Shown here one piece after another: positions 36,460-45,289 of a stretch of 64,000 nucleotides of DNA (positions are counted from its first letter, which is position 1; each line of letters starts with the position of its first letter). The translations under genes and the position numbers were made by a program. Under the pieces are notes generated by a model. That model was given only the letters and a program-made list of their open reading frames with translations. It was not told the DNA's origin and made no database searches. Source of the DNA: a virus; IMG/VR virus record IMGVR_UViG_3300027708_000019; one strand, written 5' to 3'.

Positions 36460-36705
36460 GGGTGTAGTGTATACAGTTACCCCCCCACGATTCAAACCAT
36501 CTGCCAAGTTTCGGACTTTTAACCCCCCCCCCCTTTGGAGATGGATACTAAAGGTGTAAGAAAATTGGGTGGGGGCAAGCCGATAGGGACCCGAGCCAAA
36601 TTTTAGGGGACCCGAATTTAACTTCCCTTTTTGAACCCCTACCCCCCTTATGCTCTCAGCGAAAGGTTAGGGTGTTTCCGCAAAGAAACTATTACAACTT
36701 TCTAC

Positions 36706-36906
36706 TCAGCAATCTGGATCAAAATCGTGCCACTCCTGTGCTTCATCAACAGTATCATAGCGAGCAAATGTTTCCTCAAGAAAATCTACTGCATCATATA
36801 CTACATCAACAGGCACACTCAGCATAGCAGCAATCTCTGGTACTGTCATATCAGTAGTGCTTAGCAACTCTTCAACATCAACCAAGATATCTTTGAATAC
36901 ACTCAT
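36706..36906 (-). CDS. Hypothetical HTH-like protein
   Basis: EIAAMLSVP..VV; C-terminal EAQEWHDFDPDC; promoter at 36951-36979. Confidence 0.6.
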   Translation of the reverse strand: MSVFKDILVDVEELLSTTDMTVPEIAAMLSVPVDVVYDAVDFLEETFARYDTVDEAQEWHDFDPDC

Positions 36907-36950
36907 AATTTATTACTCCTCTTTTATCTTTTATCAAACCCAACACTGTT

Positions 36951-36979
36951 ATTATACAGCATTCATAATTATTTGTCAA
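36951..36979 (-). promoter_or_regulatory. Consensus sigma70 promoter
   Basis: TTGACA-17bp-TATAAT. Confidence 0.7.
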
Positions 36980-37061
36980 ATCAATTTCCGAACAACACTC
37001 ACATGCTGTTCGCTTCACAATGAGGCACTAGTATATATACCCCCCCATCAGCATTAAGGGT

Positions 37062-37307
37062 TCATCCCTTTCCCATGGAGAAAGTCATTAACAGCTGTTG
37101 CGCATCAGAAAGGTCTTCCTCAGCAATACTATCAATGTCATTCAGCAACAGCAGCTGCTCTAGCAATTCAACTTCACGTTGGTCACTAGTAGATATACCC
37201 CTCTTCCAGGAAAGGTACTCATCATACTCATCAATAGACCACATCTTGTCGAGCAATTTTATTTGCTTTTTATTTACGCCTGTTATTGTTACCGAATCTT
37301 TGCTCAT
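37062..37307 (-). CDS. Hypothetical protein
   Basis: Likely start MSKDSV. Confidence 0.6.
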   Translation of the reverse strand: MSKDSVTITGVNKKQIKLLDKMWSIDEYDEYLSWKRGISTSDQREVELLEQLLLLNDIDSIAEEDLSDAQQLLMTFSMGKG

Positions 37308-37506
37308 CTTTGTCTGGCTCCACAAATTAAAAATCAAACCTACTGCCACATTGGCGAACATAAACCACTGTTTTCAGCCAGTGCGATCACTACTTCCAAT
37401 GCCTACGCTAATGCCAATACCGCCAGCACAAAACCCAATATGGGATACCCAGCGAACACTAAAGCAAGGGCAATGATTACGCCCACGACCACGGCATCCC
37501 TCTCAG

Positions 37507-37737
37507 TCATAAACTACTGCCAATAACGCTACGCTGAACAATATCATAAGTCACCACATCACTCACCTCGTCAACAAGGTCTTTATCTGCCACTTCACTC
37601 TCGTCAATGTCAAAATATTCACGAATGATGGTAAACTTTTCCTGCTCAGCCAGTTCATAGGTTTCATATACACCGATAACAGCATATCCGACATCATAAT
37701 GGCTCTCAGTCAACACATAAACTTGATTGTTACTCAT
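37507..37737 (-). CDS. Hypothetical protein
   Basis: Likely start MSNNQVYVL; VIGVYET. Confidence 0.6.
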   Translation of the reverse strand: MSNNQVYVLTESHYDVGYAVIGVYETYELAEQEKFTIIREYFDIDESEVADKDLVDEVSDVVTYDIVQRSVIGSSL

Positions 37738-37936
37738 AGTCTTTTTTATCTCCGTATTCTTCATTGTAATCGTAACCAGCGTTATAGGCATGAACCTCTG
37801 CTTCTGTCAGTTCAGTTACCTTTGGGCTGGTTGCTGTTCCCTGCTCATAGTAATGCGGATCACGTGGGCGACGATAATAACTGTCAGCCGAACCACGATC
37901 AAACGCACCTCCATGTCTCTTGTCAAAATTTGTCAT
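37730..37936 (-). CDS. Hypothetical phage protein
   Basis: RHGGAFDRGSADSYYRR. Confidence 0.75.
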   Translation of the reverse strand: MTNFDKRHGGAFDRGSADSYYRRPRDPHYYEQGTATSPKVTELTEAEVHAYNAGYDYNEEYGDKKDYE

Positions 37937-37950
37937 ATTATTTCCTTATT

Positions 37951-37985
37951 AAAAAAACAGCCGATACCACAGATTGGTTTGGCTG
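37951..37985 (-). terminator. Rho-independent terminator
   Basis: CAGCC...GGCUG stem followed by U7 on the minus strand. Confidence 0.6.
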
Positions 37986-37986
37986 C

Positions 37987-38085
37987 TCACAGTCCCATCA
38001 GACGCAAGCGCAAGAGCTGTCCCAGTGTAGGTTTCAAGCCCAGTCGTTTGCGTAACAGCTGTCCCAATGTTTTCTTTTCTTTCAT
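37987..38085 (-). CDS. 32-aa cationic peptide with an internal TLGQLLR duplication
   Basis: MKEKKTLGQLLRKRLGLKPTLGQLLRLRLMGL; GGAGG SD upstream. Confidence 0.5.
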   Translation of the reverse strand: MKEKKTLGQLLRKRLGLKPTLGQLLRLRLMGL

Positions 38086-38108
38086 ATCACTTTCCTCCCT
38101 TGTTCTTA

Positions 38109-39041
38109 TTAAGCAGTCAACATATAAGTAGCAAGATCTTTCCAGTTGTCATTGCTAGCACGAACCTTGCTAACAGCGATAAGGGTACGCAGGCTGATTT
38201 CCTTCACGTCGTCCTTGATCTCACGAATCAAAGCCAAAGCATCAGATTTGATTGTCTTGCTGTACTCAGGCAGGAATTCAGCTGACTGGGCGATAGTTTC
38301 CATACGATCAATTTTCTGATCAAGCGACATAGTCAAGTCAATCATCATAGAACGTGAACGAATGGCTTGGTCAATTTTGTCTTCAGTCATATTGCTAATG
38401 AAAATAACACGACCTTCAAAATTGAATGACTTTGGCAGGTCTTCGTCTTTGAAGTCAGCATTCCAGCTGATGATGCGTTTGCCGTAGCTGTCAAGTGCAC
38501 CTTTCAACAGGTTCAACGCAACTGGGTCTTTGAGGATAGCATCACAGTCATCAAACACAACGATTGACTTGTTGTTTTCGAACAGAGTGCGGTACAAACC
38601 CTTAGCAGTCGAGAAACCCTTGACCATACGGAAGCACTTACGCATAGACACAACGCTACCTACTTGAAACTCAGCCAAGTCAGAGATATCGGTGTAGCCT
38701 TTGGTTTCCAAAGTCTTAGTCACAGTATAGGTTTTACCCAAGCCACCTTCACCAGTGATAACTGCGGAGGGCTGAACACCATCAGCAACCATAGACACGA
38801 GTTGCTCAACAAAGGCGAAACGCTGGTTGATACCGAAACGCTGGTCTTTCTTGGCTTTGGCTTCAACAGCACCAGCAGTGATTTCGTCATAGGACAAGTC
38901 CATACCTGTCACTTGTTTGAATTTCCACTCAATGTGGGATTTTTTACCAGTGGTGAAGGGTTTAGCATCACCGATTTGGCAGGTATATTTGCCAGTGTTT
39001 TTGTCGAAATTCACAGTAGTTTTCACGGTATTCTTAGTCAT
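38109..39041 (-). CDS. P-loop (AAA-like) ATPase
   Basis: GEGGLGKT, VFDDCD, LKGALDS, IFISN, SRS. Confidence 0.85.
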   Translation of the reverse strand: MTKNTVKTTVNFDKNTGKYTCQIGDAKPFTTGKKSHIEWKFKQVTGMDLSYDEITAGAVEAKAKKDQRFGINQRFAFVEQLVSMVADGVQPSAVITGEGGLGKTYTVTKTLETKGYTDISDLAEFQVGSVVSMRKCFRMVKGFSTAKGLYRTLFENNKSIVVFDDCDAILKDPVALNLLKGALDSYGKRIISWNADFKDEDLPKSFNFEGRVIFISNMTEDKIDQAIRSRSMMIDLTMSLDQKIDRMETIAQSAEFLPEYSKTIKSDALALIREIKDDVKEISLRTLIAVSKVRASNDNWKDLATYMLTA

Positions 39042-39077
39042 TTTCAGTTCCTTCTTCATTATCAAGTCAATATAGTA

Positions 39078-39143
39078 ATTATGCCTTAAAACCGAATTTA
39101 CGTCAAGCACTAAATTCGATTCCCCTACTCACAGTAGGGTTAT
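39078..39143 (-). promoter_or_regulatory. sigma70 promoter plus palindrome module
   Basis: TTGACG-17-CATAAT; cccctac-tcaca-gtagggttat. Confidence 0.7.
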
Positions 39144-39298
39144 TGGTTCATCGCCTTTACGCCAGATGCCAGGATAGCCAGACCGACCAAGGCAACCAGC
39201 AACAGGGGCAACAGCTGGGCATCGGTACAGGTGTCCATGCCACCAACAGCACCGAAAGTCACTAGAAAACCCACACCAGCACGAATAGAACCACGCAT
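39140..39298 (-). CDS. Small membrane protein (52 aa)
   Basis: MRGSIRAGVGFLVTFGAVGG...LLLVALVGLAILASG; stop codon lies inside the palindrome. Confidence 0.6.
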   Translation of the reverse strand: MRGSIRAGVGFLVTFGAVGGMDTCTDAQLLPLLLVALVGLAILASGVKAMNQ

Positions 39299-39334
39299 AA
39301 TTAACTCACTTTCTTTATCAATTTCAATACCGTA

Positions 39335-39401
39335 AGTATACCTGAATTACGAATTAATGTCAATCACTACCTACGTATAACCCTACTGTGTGAAGGGTTA
39401 T
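39335..39401 (-). promoter_or_regulatory. sigma70 promoter plus palindrome module
   Basis: TTGACA-17-TATACT; ataaccctac-tgtgt-gaagggttat. Confidence 0.75.
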
Positions 39402-39763
39402 TTACGGAAGTAGCCATAGGGCAGACCAACCAAAAAGCACAGGTACTCATCGTCGCCATCGCTACCTTCGGCTTCGTGTACCCAACGCAATGCCATCTCA
39501 TAGGACTTGGCTCCGCTCATCATCAAATTCTGCATGCGCATTTCAAAGTCATGGGCTGCTGCTTCTTGCGCTACCTGCTCATCAGCGTAGTTGCGCTGAA
39601 TGGTAGTGGCGAGTCGTTCAAACTCTTGCTCAAACTGCTCAAGCGACCACTCGGTTGTGTCGATTCCACGAGGACGGACGCCATACGCATCCTTGTACAT
39701 ATCCCAATACTGACACTGGGCTTGCTCAACAGGGGACATTTCATTCCAACTCAACATACTCAT
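39398..39763 (-). CDS. Hypothetical phage protein
   Basis: YWDMYKDAYGVRPRG, GLPYGYF. Confidence 0.75.
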   Translation of the reverse strand: MSMLSWNEMSPVEQAQCQYWDMYKDAYGVRPRGIDTTEWSLEQFEQEFERLATTIQRNYADEQVAQEAAAHDFEMRMQNLMMSGAKSYEMALRWVHEAEGSDGDDEYLCFLVGLPYGYFRK

Positions 39764-39772
39764 CTCCAAAAA

Positions 39773-39901
39773 TTAACGTGACAATTCATAGCTGGTTGTC
39801 TTGACTGTGTCAACGGCACGATCAAGCACACGTGCCACACCAGCGAAACCGATAGTAGACACAACCACACCAAGGATAAAACCGATTACCAATTTAGTCA
39901 T
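39773..39901 (-). CDS. Small membrane protein (42 aa)
   Basis: MTKLVIGFILGVVVSTIGFAGVARVLD. Confidence 0.55.
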   Translation of the reverse strand: MTKLVIGFILGVVVSTIGFAGVARVLDRAVDTVKTTSYELSR

Positions 39902-39937
39902 TTTTTTCTCACTTTCATTTTCAATTTCAATAGAGTA

Positions 39938-40003
39938 AGTATACTAAAAAACCGAATTTCCGTCAAGCATTTTCGGAAATAACCTTACAACTTGTAGGGT
40001 TAT
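39938..40003 (-). promoter_or_regulatory. sigma70 promoter plus palindrome module
   Basis: TTGACG-17-TATACT; ataaccttac-aactt-gtagggttat. Confidence 0.75.
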
Positions 40004-40191
40004 GCCTGTGGACCAGAAAAGGTAGTTTTACGTGGGAAACCAACAGCAAAGCCAGATGTACCTGTGGAAGCCGAGCGAGTCGTTTTACCAGACATCCAGC
40101 CAGACTTGGGGGTCTTGCGTGGTTTGTACACAGTCACTGTAACGCCATTTTCAACAGTCACAGACAACACATTACGAGGGATCTTAGTCAT
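40000..40191 (-). CDS. Small basic hypothetical protein
   Basis: Likely start MTKIPRN. Confidence 0.55.
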   Translation of the reverse strand: MTKIPRNVLSVTVENGVTVTVYKPRKTPKSGWMSGKTTRSASTGTSGFAVGFPRKTTFSGPQA

Positions 40192-40227
40192 TTTTATTTC
40201 CTTTTCTTTATCAATTTCAATACAGTA

Positions 40228-40294
40228 AGTATACCTGAATTCGGAATTAATGTCAACCACTTTATTCGGATAACCCTACTACCTGTAGGGTTTT
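40228..40294 (-). promoter_or_regulatory. sigma70 promoter plus palindrome module
   Basis: TTGACA-17-TATACT; ataaccctac-tacct-gtagggtt. Confidence 0.75.
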
Positions 40295-40518
40295 ACATCA
40301 GCGTGCTTGACGATAATCACTGAGCGATAGCTACCTTCATACTTCATGGGCAGGTCAAGCGTAACAGTCAAAATTGGACCATCATCGGTGCTGCGGATGT
40401 CATCACTACCTACGGTGCCAACGAAAGGAATTCCGTGGTAGCGACCAAACACACGTGCGCCGAATTCATAAACAGGCTGGTATGCTTTGTTGTTAAAATA
40501 ATCTGCTAGTGTTCCCAT
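40279..40518 (-). CDS. Hypothetical protein (SH3/KOW-like)
   Basis: GARVFG...IPFVGTVG...LDLP. Confidence 0.6.
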   Translation of the reverse strand: MGTLADYFNNKAYQPVYEFGARVFGRYHGIPFVGTVGSDDIRSTDDGPILTVTLDLPMKYEGSYRSVIIVKHADVKPYR

Positions 40519-40531
40519 GTTATGTCCTTGT

Positions 40532-40921
40532 TCAAGCGTAGTTTTTGTAGCGATTCAAATCGCCAGAGAGCCTACTTTTAATTTTATGACAGATTACACA
40601 TAATTCTTGTATATTAGAAACTCTGTTGTCAGCATGGTCTCCATTTATGTGATCAATTTCAGTAAGATGCATATCCTTAGGCAACAGCTTGTGATTGACT
40701 GCACATTTAAATCCTAATTTACCATCTGTGTTCTCACAAATTCCAGTACGATATGGAACAACTCCAGCTGCATATGATTGTCTATTTTGTTGTGCTTTTT
40801 CACAAGAACAGCATATAGGTTTCCAACGATATGTTCCATCTTGATTTTTACGATTCCATGTCACAGGTTTTTTACAACCCTTGTTTATACAGATTGGTCT
40901 GAATTCTAAAATTTTTGCCAT
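40532..40921 (-). CDS. HNH endonuclease
   Basis: EIDHINGDHADNRVSNIQELCVICHKIK; N-terminal Cys cluster. Confidence 0.85.
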   Translation of the reverse strand: MAKILEFRPICINKGCKKPVTWNRKNQDGTYRWKPICCSCEKAQQNRQSYAAGVVPYRTGICENTDGKLGFKCAVNHKLLPKDMHLTEIDHINGDHADNRVSNIQELCVICHKIKSRLSGDLNRYKNYA

Positions 40922-40923
40922 GA

Positions 40924-41133
40924 TTAAACCTTTGAAATTTGAACATCATACGAAACACGATTCATCTTGTGATCGTAAACATGCATCGTTGAACCGATAC
41001 CCACTGCGTTGAACATGTTTTCAAACAGCTGGCGCACGACAGTGTTAACACTGACTGAGTTTCCGACGCCACGTTTGATGGCAGCACCAGATGCATAAAA
41101 AGACACACCATTCACAACGACAAGGTATTTCAT
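40924..41133 (-). CDS. Hypothetical protein
   Basis: Coupled ORF. Confidence 0.55.
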   Translation of the reverse strand: MKYLVVVNGVSFYASGAAIKRGVGNSVSVNTVVRQLFENMFNAVGIGSTMHVYDHKMNRVSYDVQISKV

Positions 41134-41366
41134 ACAGTTTCCTTTGCTTCCATCATTTCACACAAAATAAATTTTGCGATATTGATATTCTTGCGAGCTT
41201 GGTCAGTTGCTTGAGCATGACCGAAGGACATCAATTCTTGAGCATCGGACAGGACACCCATCGCAACCATTTCAAGACCAGACAACTTAGCAGTGATGCT
41301 ATTCATGTATTGCTCACGGATGTCATCTTGAGTCATACCGTAGCAGTTTTTTTCGAATTCAGTCAT
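41130..41366 (-). CDS. Hypothetical phage protein
   Basis: Likely start MTEFEKNCYG; LSDAQE, ARKNINIAKF. Confidence 0.7.
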   Translation of the reverse strand: MTEFEKNCYGMTQDDIREQYMNSITAKLSGLEMVAMGVLSDAQELMSFGHAQATDQARKNINIAKFILCEMMEAKETV

Positions 41367-41399
41367 TTTTTTCCTTTCGTTTTCAATCACAATAAAGTA

Positions 41400-41481
41400 A
41401 TTATGCCTGAATTCGGAATTTATAGCAAGCACTAAATGTGAAAAACCCTACACTCGATAGGGTTATTGTAAGTCATTGATT
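41400..41481 (-). promoter_or_regulatory. sigma70 promoter plus palindrome plus IHF-consensus site
   Basis: TTGCTA-17-CATAAT; aaccctac-actcg-atagggttat; taagtcattgatt at 41469-41481. Confidence 0.65.
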
Positions 41482-41494
41482 TGCTTAGGTTTTT

Positions 41495-41818
41495 TTACGT
41501 CCAGATGTCGCCATCAGCGTCCTTCTCATAGCTGAAGCCAATGTCGCTTGGGGGCACCACTCCGTATTCCTCCATCTCGGCATACAGCTGTGCTTCTGTT
41601 TTGCCGTCAGCCCTGCGTTGCTGTGTGATGAGCCAGCGTTGCCTTTCGGCTACTTCGGTTTCGCTATTCATGTGCTTGCGTTGCGCAGCACGTTTGACTT
41701 CTTTCTGTTCTTCCGTATAGGTGCGTTTGTTACCACAACTACGTGAACAATATGGACCACGTTTCCTGTGCTCCGCACCACACGAAGGACATTCCTTTAG
41801 TCTATATACGTTTGGCAT
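41495..41818 (-). CDS. Zn-finger hypothetical protein
   Basis: CPSC...HRKRGPYCSRSC; likely start MPNVY. Confidence 0.65.
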   Translation of the reverse strand: MPNVYRLKECPSCGAEHRKRGPYCSRSCGNKRTYTEEQKEVKRAAQRKHMNSETEVAERQRWLITQQRRADGKTEAQLYAEMEEYGVVPPSDIGFSYEKDADGDIWT

Positions 41819-41819
41819 T

Positions 41820-42077
41820 TTATTCAGCCAATAATTCTTCAATCATTTGAATTGCCATCTCACGCTTCATCTCATCACTAGTGTGATTCAATGCATCAAG
41901 AGCAATTTCTAGTGCTCCTTTATAACGCTGAAGACCAAGACCAATACTCAAGATGGCTTGTGATTCTTGCTCTCTTAATGTTAGTGGTGAGATCTGTGTT
42001 GGTGTCTTATCATATGTGCCATCGAAAGGGTTTTCTAATATGATTGAATCAACCAGCTGTTTTGTGCTATCATTCAT
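41820..42077 (-). CDS. Hypothetical protein
   Basis: Coupled ORF. Confidence 0.55.
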   Translation of the reverse strand: MNDSTKQLVDSIILENPFDGTYDKTPTQISPLTLREQESQAILSIGLGLQRYKGALEIALDALNHTSDEMKREMAIQMIEELLAE

Positions 42078-42291
42078 CTGTTTTCTCCTGTGGGGTTGCT
42101 TCTTTTTTAGATAGGATTACTTGATTGGTTTCATTTTCGCCACGCACAATTTCCCATACGAGTGTGTCGCCTTCTGCCCAGCCAAGTACCTCAAGCATGT
42201 CTGGACTGAGTGGGATAACGAGATCTTTCGTTTCTGGATCTTCCTCAACAACAACTGTCCAGCAATTAACACTTATGCGTTCTGATATCAT
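42070..42291 (-). CDS. AbrB/MazE-like small protein
   Basis: DLVIPLSPDMLEVLGWAEGDTLVW. Confidence 0.65.
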   Translation of the reverse strand: MISERISVNCWTVVVEEDPETKDLVIPLSPDMLEVLGWAEGDTLVWEIVRGENETNQVILSKKEATPQEKTDE

Positions 42292-42593
42292 AACTTCAAT
42301 CCTTGCATTGATGGTACGATTTGAATTCCGCTACCAAATGATGTGTTATAGTGATTGGCCAGATCAGGAGTTGGCTCATAGTCAGCAGCAATAGCATGTG
42401 GGTAGATGCCAATTGTTTTGTCTGGAATTCCATATGCAGCATATGGAAGGAAATTCAGTTTGACTTTTCCACTCATTTCATCTTGGGCTGGTGCGAGTAT
42501 CATTGGTGATTTGATTTCAACAACACCTGTTGGTTGTGCTGACACATCACCAATAATTTCTTCGCCTGTCATTAATTTAATAATACGTATCAT
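42288..42593 (-). CDS. Conserved T4-like hypothetical protein (Sm-like)
   Basis: IKLMTGEEIIG...YNTSFGSGIQI. Confidence 0.7.
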   Translation of the reverse strand: MIRIIKLMTGEEIIGDVSAQPTGVVEIKSPMILAPAQDEMSGKVKLNFLPYAAYGIPDKTIGIYPHAIAADYEPTPDLANHYNTSFGSGIQIVPSMQGLKL

Positions 42594-42826
42594 TATGCTC
42601 CTCTCGCTGCTGCTTTCACAACAGGTTTCGTTGGTAGTTGACTATTGTTTTTCATCACACGTTTGGTTGCTTCCTTAACAAGTTTCTTTGCTGCTTTCGG
42701 ACCAACTTGTGGTGTGATTTCTTTTCTTGCTTTTTTCTTTGCTTTACGCAACTCACGTTCTTGTTTCCATCGTGTTTTGCTATCAATGTATATAGGTGCG
42801 GTAACGATCGCTGATTCATCTGTCAT
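42593..42826 (-). CDS. Basic hypothetical protein
   Basis: Lys/Arg-rich coupled ORF. Confidence 0.6.
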   Translation of the reverse strand: MTDESAIVTAPIYIDSKTRWKQERELRKAKKKARKEITPQVGPKAAKKLVKEATKRVMKNNSQLPTKPVVKAAARGA

Positions 42827-43446
42827 AATTTTAACTCCGTAAGTGAATTGTTAGAACCAAGTGTGCCTTTAACAAACACATTAAATGCCAAACTAATCCG
42901 TGTCTTAGTATTTCCTTCTGGTATAATTTCTACCATATGCTGCATCCAACTTGGGAAAATCAACAACAGCCCTGTTCTGGTTGAGAAATCCCATGTCTCT
43001 GTGTTGAAATGATTTACTTCTTTGTGTTGAATTTTAATTGTGCGATACGTATCATTGATGAACACAAGTTTATCTTTAGTATCATCAGCAGCAATATAGA
43101 ACACACCAGACAGATAACTGTTACTATGATTATGTTTGTGGTGCCATTCGCCAGGACGTGTCCAGTTCATCCAACTTTGTGTGATATACAATTCTATATC
43201 GTTTTGGGCTGGTGCCATAATATTGTCACGCCACTGTAACAATACATCTTCAATTTCTTTTTTGATATCTGCCAACTCTGGCTCATTCAAAATATAATTG
43301 TTGTGGCTCATTGAGTTGCCAACATTTCTTGTTTGTTTGCTATTTTGTTTAGCAAGAAACTTTCTTTCCACATCAGTGAAGTCACGTTCTAATTGTGATA
43401 CACAGATAGGTGTTGGAAATATTGGTTGAATGATTGGATCTCTCAT
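42823..43446 (-). CDS. 2OG-Fe(II) oxygenase (TIGR02466-like)
   Basis: IFPTP, QSWMN, HKHNHSNS, SGVFY, FPSWMQHMV, RISLAFN. Confidence 0.85.
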   Translation of the reverse strand: MRDPIIQPIFPTPICVSQLERDFTDVERKFLAKQNSKQTRNVGNSMSHNNYILNEPELADIKKEIEDVLLQWRDNIMAPAQNDIELYITQSWMNWTRPGEWHHKHNHSNSYLSGVFYIAADDTKDKLVFINDTYRTIKIQHKEVNHFNTETWDFSTRTGLLLIFPSWMQHMVEIIPEGNTKTRISLAFNVFVKGTLGSNNSLTELKL

Positions 43447-43580
43447 TTAAAATTTTCCTTGTAATATTTGAACATCTTCACATACCATGCGAATCGTTTT
43501 GGCTCATGTTCAAAGTTTGGTAACTCACCATAATGCTCAAGCATTTCGTTATAAAATTTCAATACTTCCTCATCTGTCAT
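43443..43580 (-). CDS. Small hypothetical protein
   Basis: Manual translation MTDEEVLKFYNEMLEHYGELPNFEHEPKRFAWYVKMFKYYKENFK, coupled to gp46. Confidence 0.6.
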   Translation of the reverse strand: MTDEEVLKFYNEMLEHYGELPNFEHEPKRFAWYVKMFKYYKENFK

Positions 43581-45289
43581 ACTATCACCGAGAAGTCATT
43601 TTTCTTTTCAAATTTAACAACTGATCTAAATTTATCAAACAGTTGGTCACCTTTGTGGCTGATGACAAACACATTCGTCTTATCATCAAAACTATTCATC
43701 AGCGATAAGAAATAATCGGTACCTGACACATCCAAACTACTGTCAAAGATTTCATCAAGTAACAATAGGTTTGTATTAACAGAGTTTTTCATCTTAGCAA
43801 TCTGTCTCCATGTGAATAACATTGCCAAGTCAATGCGCATCTTCTCACCTTCAGAGAATGAATCATATGTGAATTCATCACGATATCTGGCTTTGATCTT
43901 TTCGTTGAATGTTTCATCCAACTCAAAATGAACATAGAAGTCCATTGATGCCAAATATTTGTTGATCAATTTATTCATCACAGGCAAATACTCACGGATG
44001 ATTGTTGTTTTGATTCCTGTGTCTCTCAATAGATTTGATGCTAGTTCTTCATATTGTCTTTTCTCAATGAGTTCATTTTTTCTATTAAGATATGACAACG
44101 CTTCTTCAGCCATTGCCTTGAGTTTTGACTTCTCATCATCCACATTACCAGTATCATTCTTTGCGTTTTCCATTTCCTCAGCCAATTCTCTGTTAAGTTT
44201 ATTCAACAAAGAAACAGTTTGATTGGCTGTGGATATTTCGATGTTCTTATCTGTTATTTGTTCTTGTATTGCATTGATGGTTTCTAGTCTGGTAGTCAAC
44301 TTTCCTAGTGCCTTTGTAATCTCGTCAATATTCGCTCGATTTTGTTCAATTTCGCGATTAATTTCGTCAATAATTGAGGATTTATGCTCATGTGGGATGT
44401 CTTGTTCACACTGAGGGCATATATCATTATTGTTAAAGAAATCGACAGTTACAGTGAGATCTGTGCTCTTGTTAGATTTCTTATTGGCAAAAACTTTCGC
44501 CTTTTCGATGTCTTCGAGAACTGACTTCCTGTCTGTGATACTCGATTTAAGATTACCAAGGTCTTGATTGAGAACATTAAGAGTTTCATTCGTGGTAATG
44601 ATTTGTACTTCATTATCGCTAATCTTTTTCTGTATCGCTGATACAGCATCTTTTCTAGTTTCGAGCAAAATCTTAATGGTTTTCTGCTGATTGTCAACCC
44701 TCTCACGTGCCAAGTTGAGCGCAGATTCGGTACGATTGATTTCATCTTTTGTCTCCTGCATTCTTTGTTTCAACAACGTGTTCATTGTGCTGAACACACG
44801 GATATCTAAGATATCTTCGATAACCTCACGTCTTTGATGTGATGGCAACTGCATGAATGGCACAAATGAAGCACTACCAAGTATAACTACTTGAGTAAAG
44901 GTTTTATAATTCAACTTCAGAATCTGTTGTTCAAGAACCTTTTGGTAGTCTCTTGATGCAGCATCCTGATTCATTAATTCATTGTCGCACCAGATTTCAA
45001 ATTTGTTTGGTTTGATTGTACGAATAACTTTATAATCTTTACCACCAACAGTAAATTCAACTGTGGTTTCACAGTTCTTTCCATTAATGCTGTTAATCAA
45101 CTGTGGTTTATTGATGTTACGAAATGGTTTTCCAAACAATGAAAAGCACAATGCATCTAGGATTGTGCTTTTACCTTCACCATTTTTACCAACGATTAAT
45201 GTACTTGATGATTTGTCAAGTAGAATTTTGTTTGCTTGGTTACCTGTTGATAGGAAATTTTTCCATTCAACACTTTTGAATTTAATCAA
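43577..45289 (-). CDS. 46: Recombination endonuclease subunit gp46 (Rad50/SbcC-like)
   Basis: GKNGEGKST, CPQC hook, FSEGEKMRID, LLDEIFD, ISHK. Confidence 0.97.
   Translation of the reverse strand: MIKFKSVEWKNFLSTGNQANKILLDKSSSTLIVGKNGEGKSTILDALCFSLFGKPFRNINKPQLINSINGKNCETTVEFTVGGKDYKVIRTIKPNKFEIWCDNELMNQDAASRDYQKVLEQQILKLNYKTFTQVVILGSASFVPFMQLPSHQRREVIEDILDIRVFSTMNTLLKQRMQETKDEINRTESALNLARERVDNQQKTIKILLETRKDAVSAIQKKISDNEVQIITTNETLNVLNQDLGNLKSSITDRKSVLEDIEKAKVFANKKSNKSTDLTVTVDFFNNNDICPQCEQDIPHEHKSSIIDEINREIEQNRANIDEITKALGKLTTRLETINAIQEQITDKNIEISTANQTVSLLNKLNRELAEEMENAKNDTGNVDDEKSKLKAMAEEALSYLNRKNELIEKRQYEELASNLLRDTGIKTTIIREYLPVMNKLINKYLASMDFYVHFELDETFNEKIKARYRDEFTYDSFSEGEKMRIDLAMLFTWRQIAKMKNSVNTNLLLLDEIFDSSLDVSGTDYFLSLMNSFDDKTNVFVISHKGDQLFDKFRSVVKFEKKNDFSVIV

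Noticed and set aside
39041-41432. Shared N-terminal extensions (MLDVNSVLRHNY, MVDINSEFRYTY, MLAINSEFRHNY) resembling a leader peptide family
   Set aside because: They are translations of the repeated promoter module; the true starts lie downstream of the -10 box.
29875-41466. Palindromes as integron attC sites, Xer/dif sites or a CRISPR array
   Set aside because: Too short for attC, arms unlike XerC/D boxes, spacing irregular and gene-sized, and no integrase or cas gene in the window.
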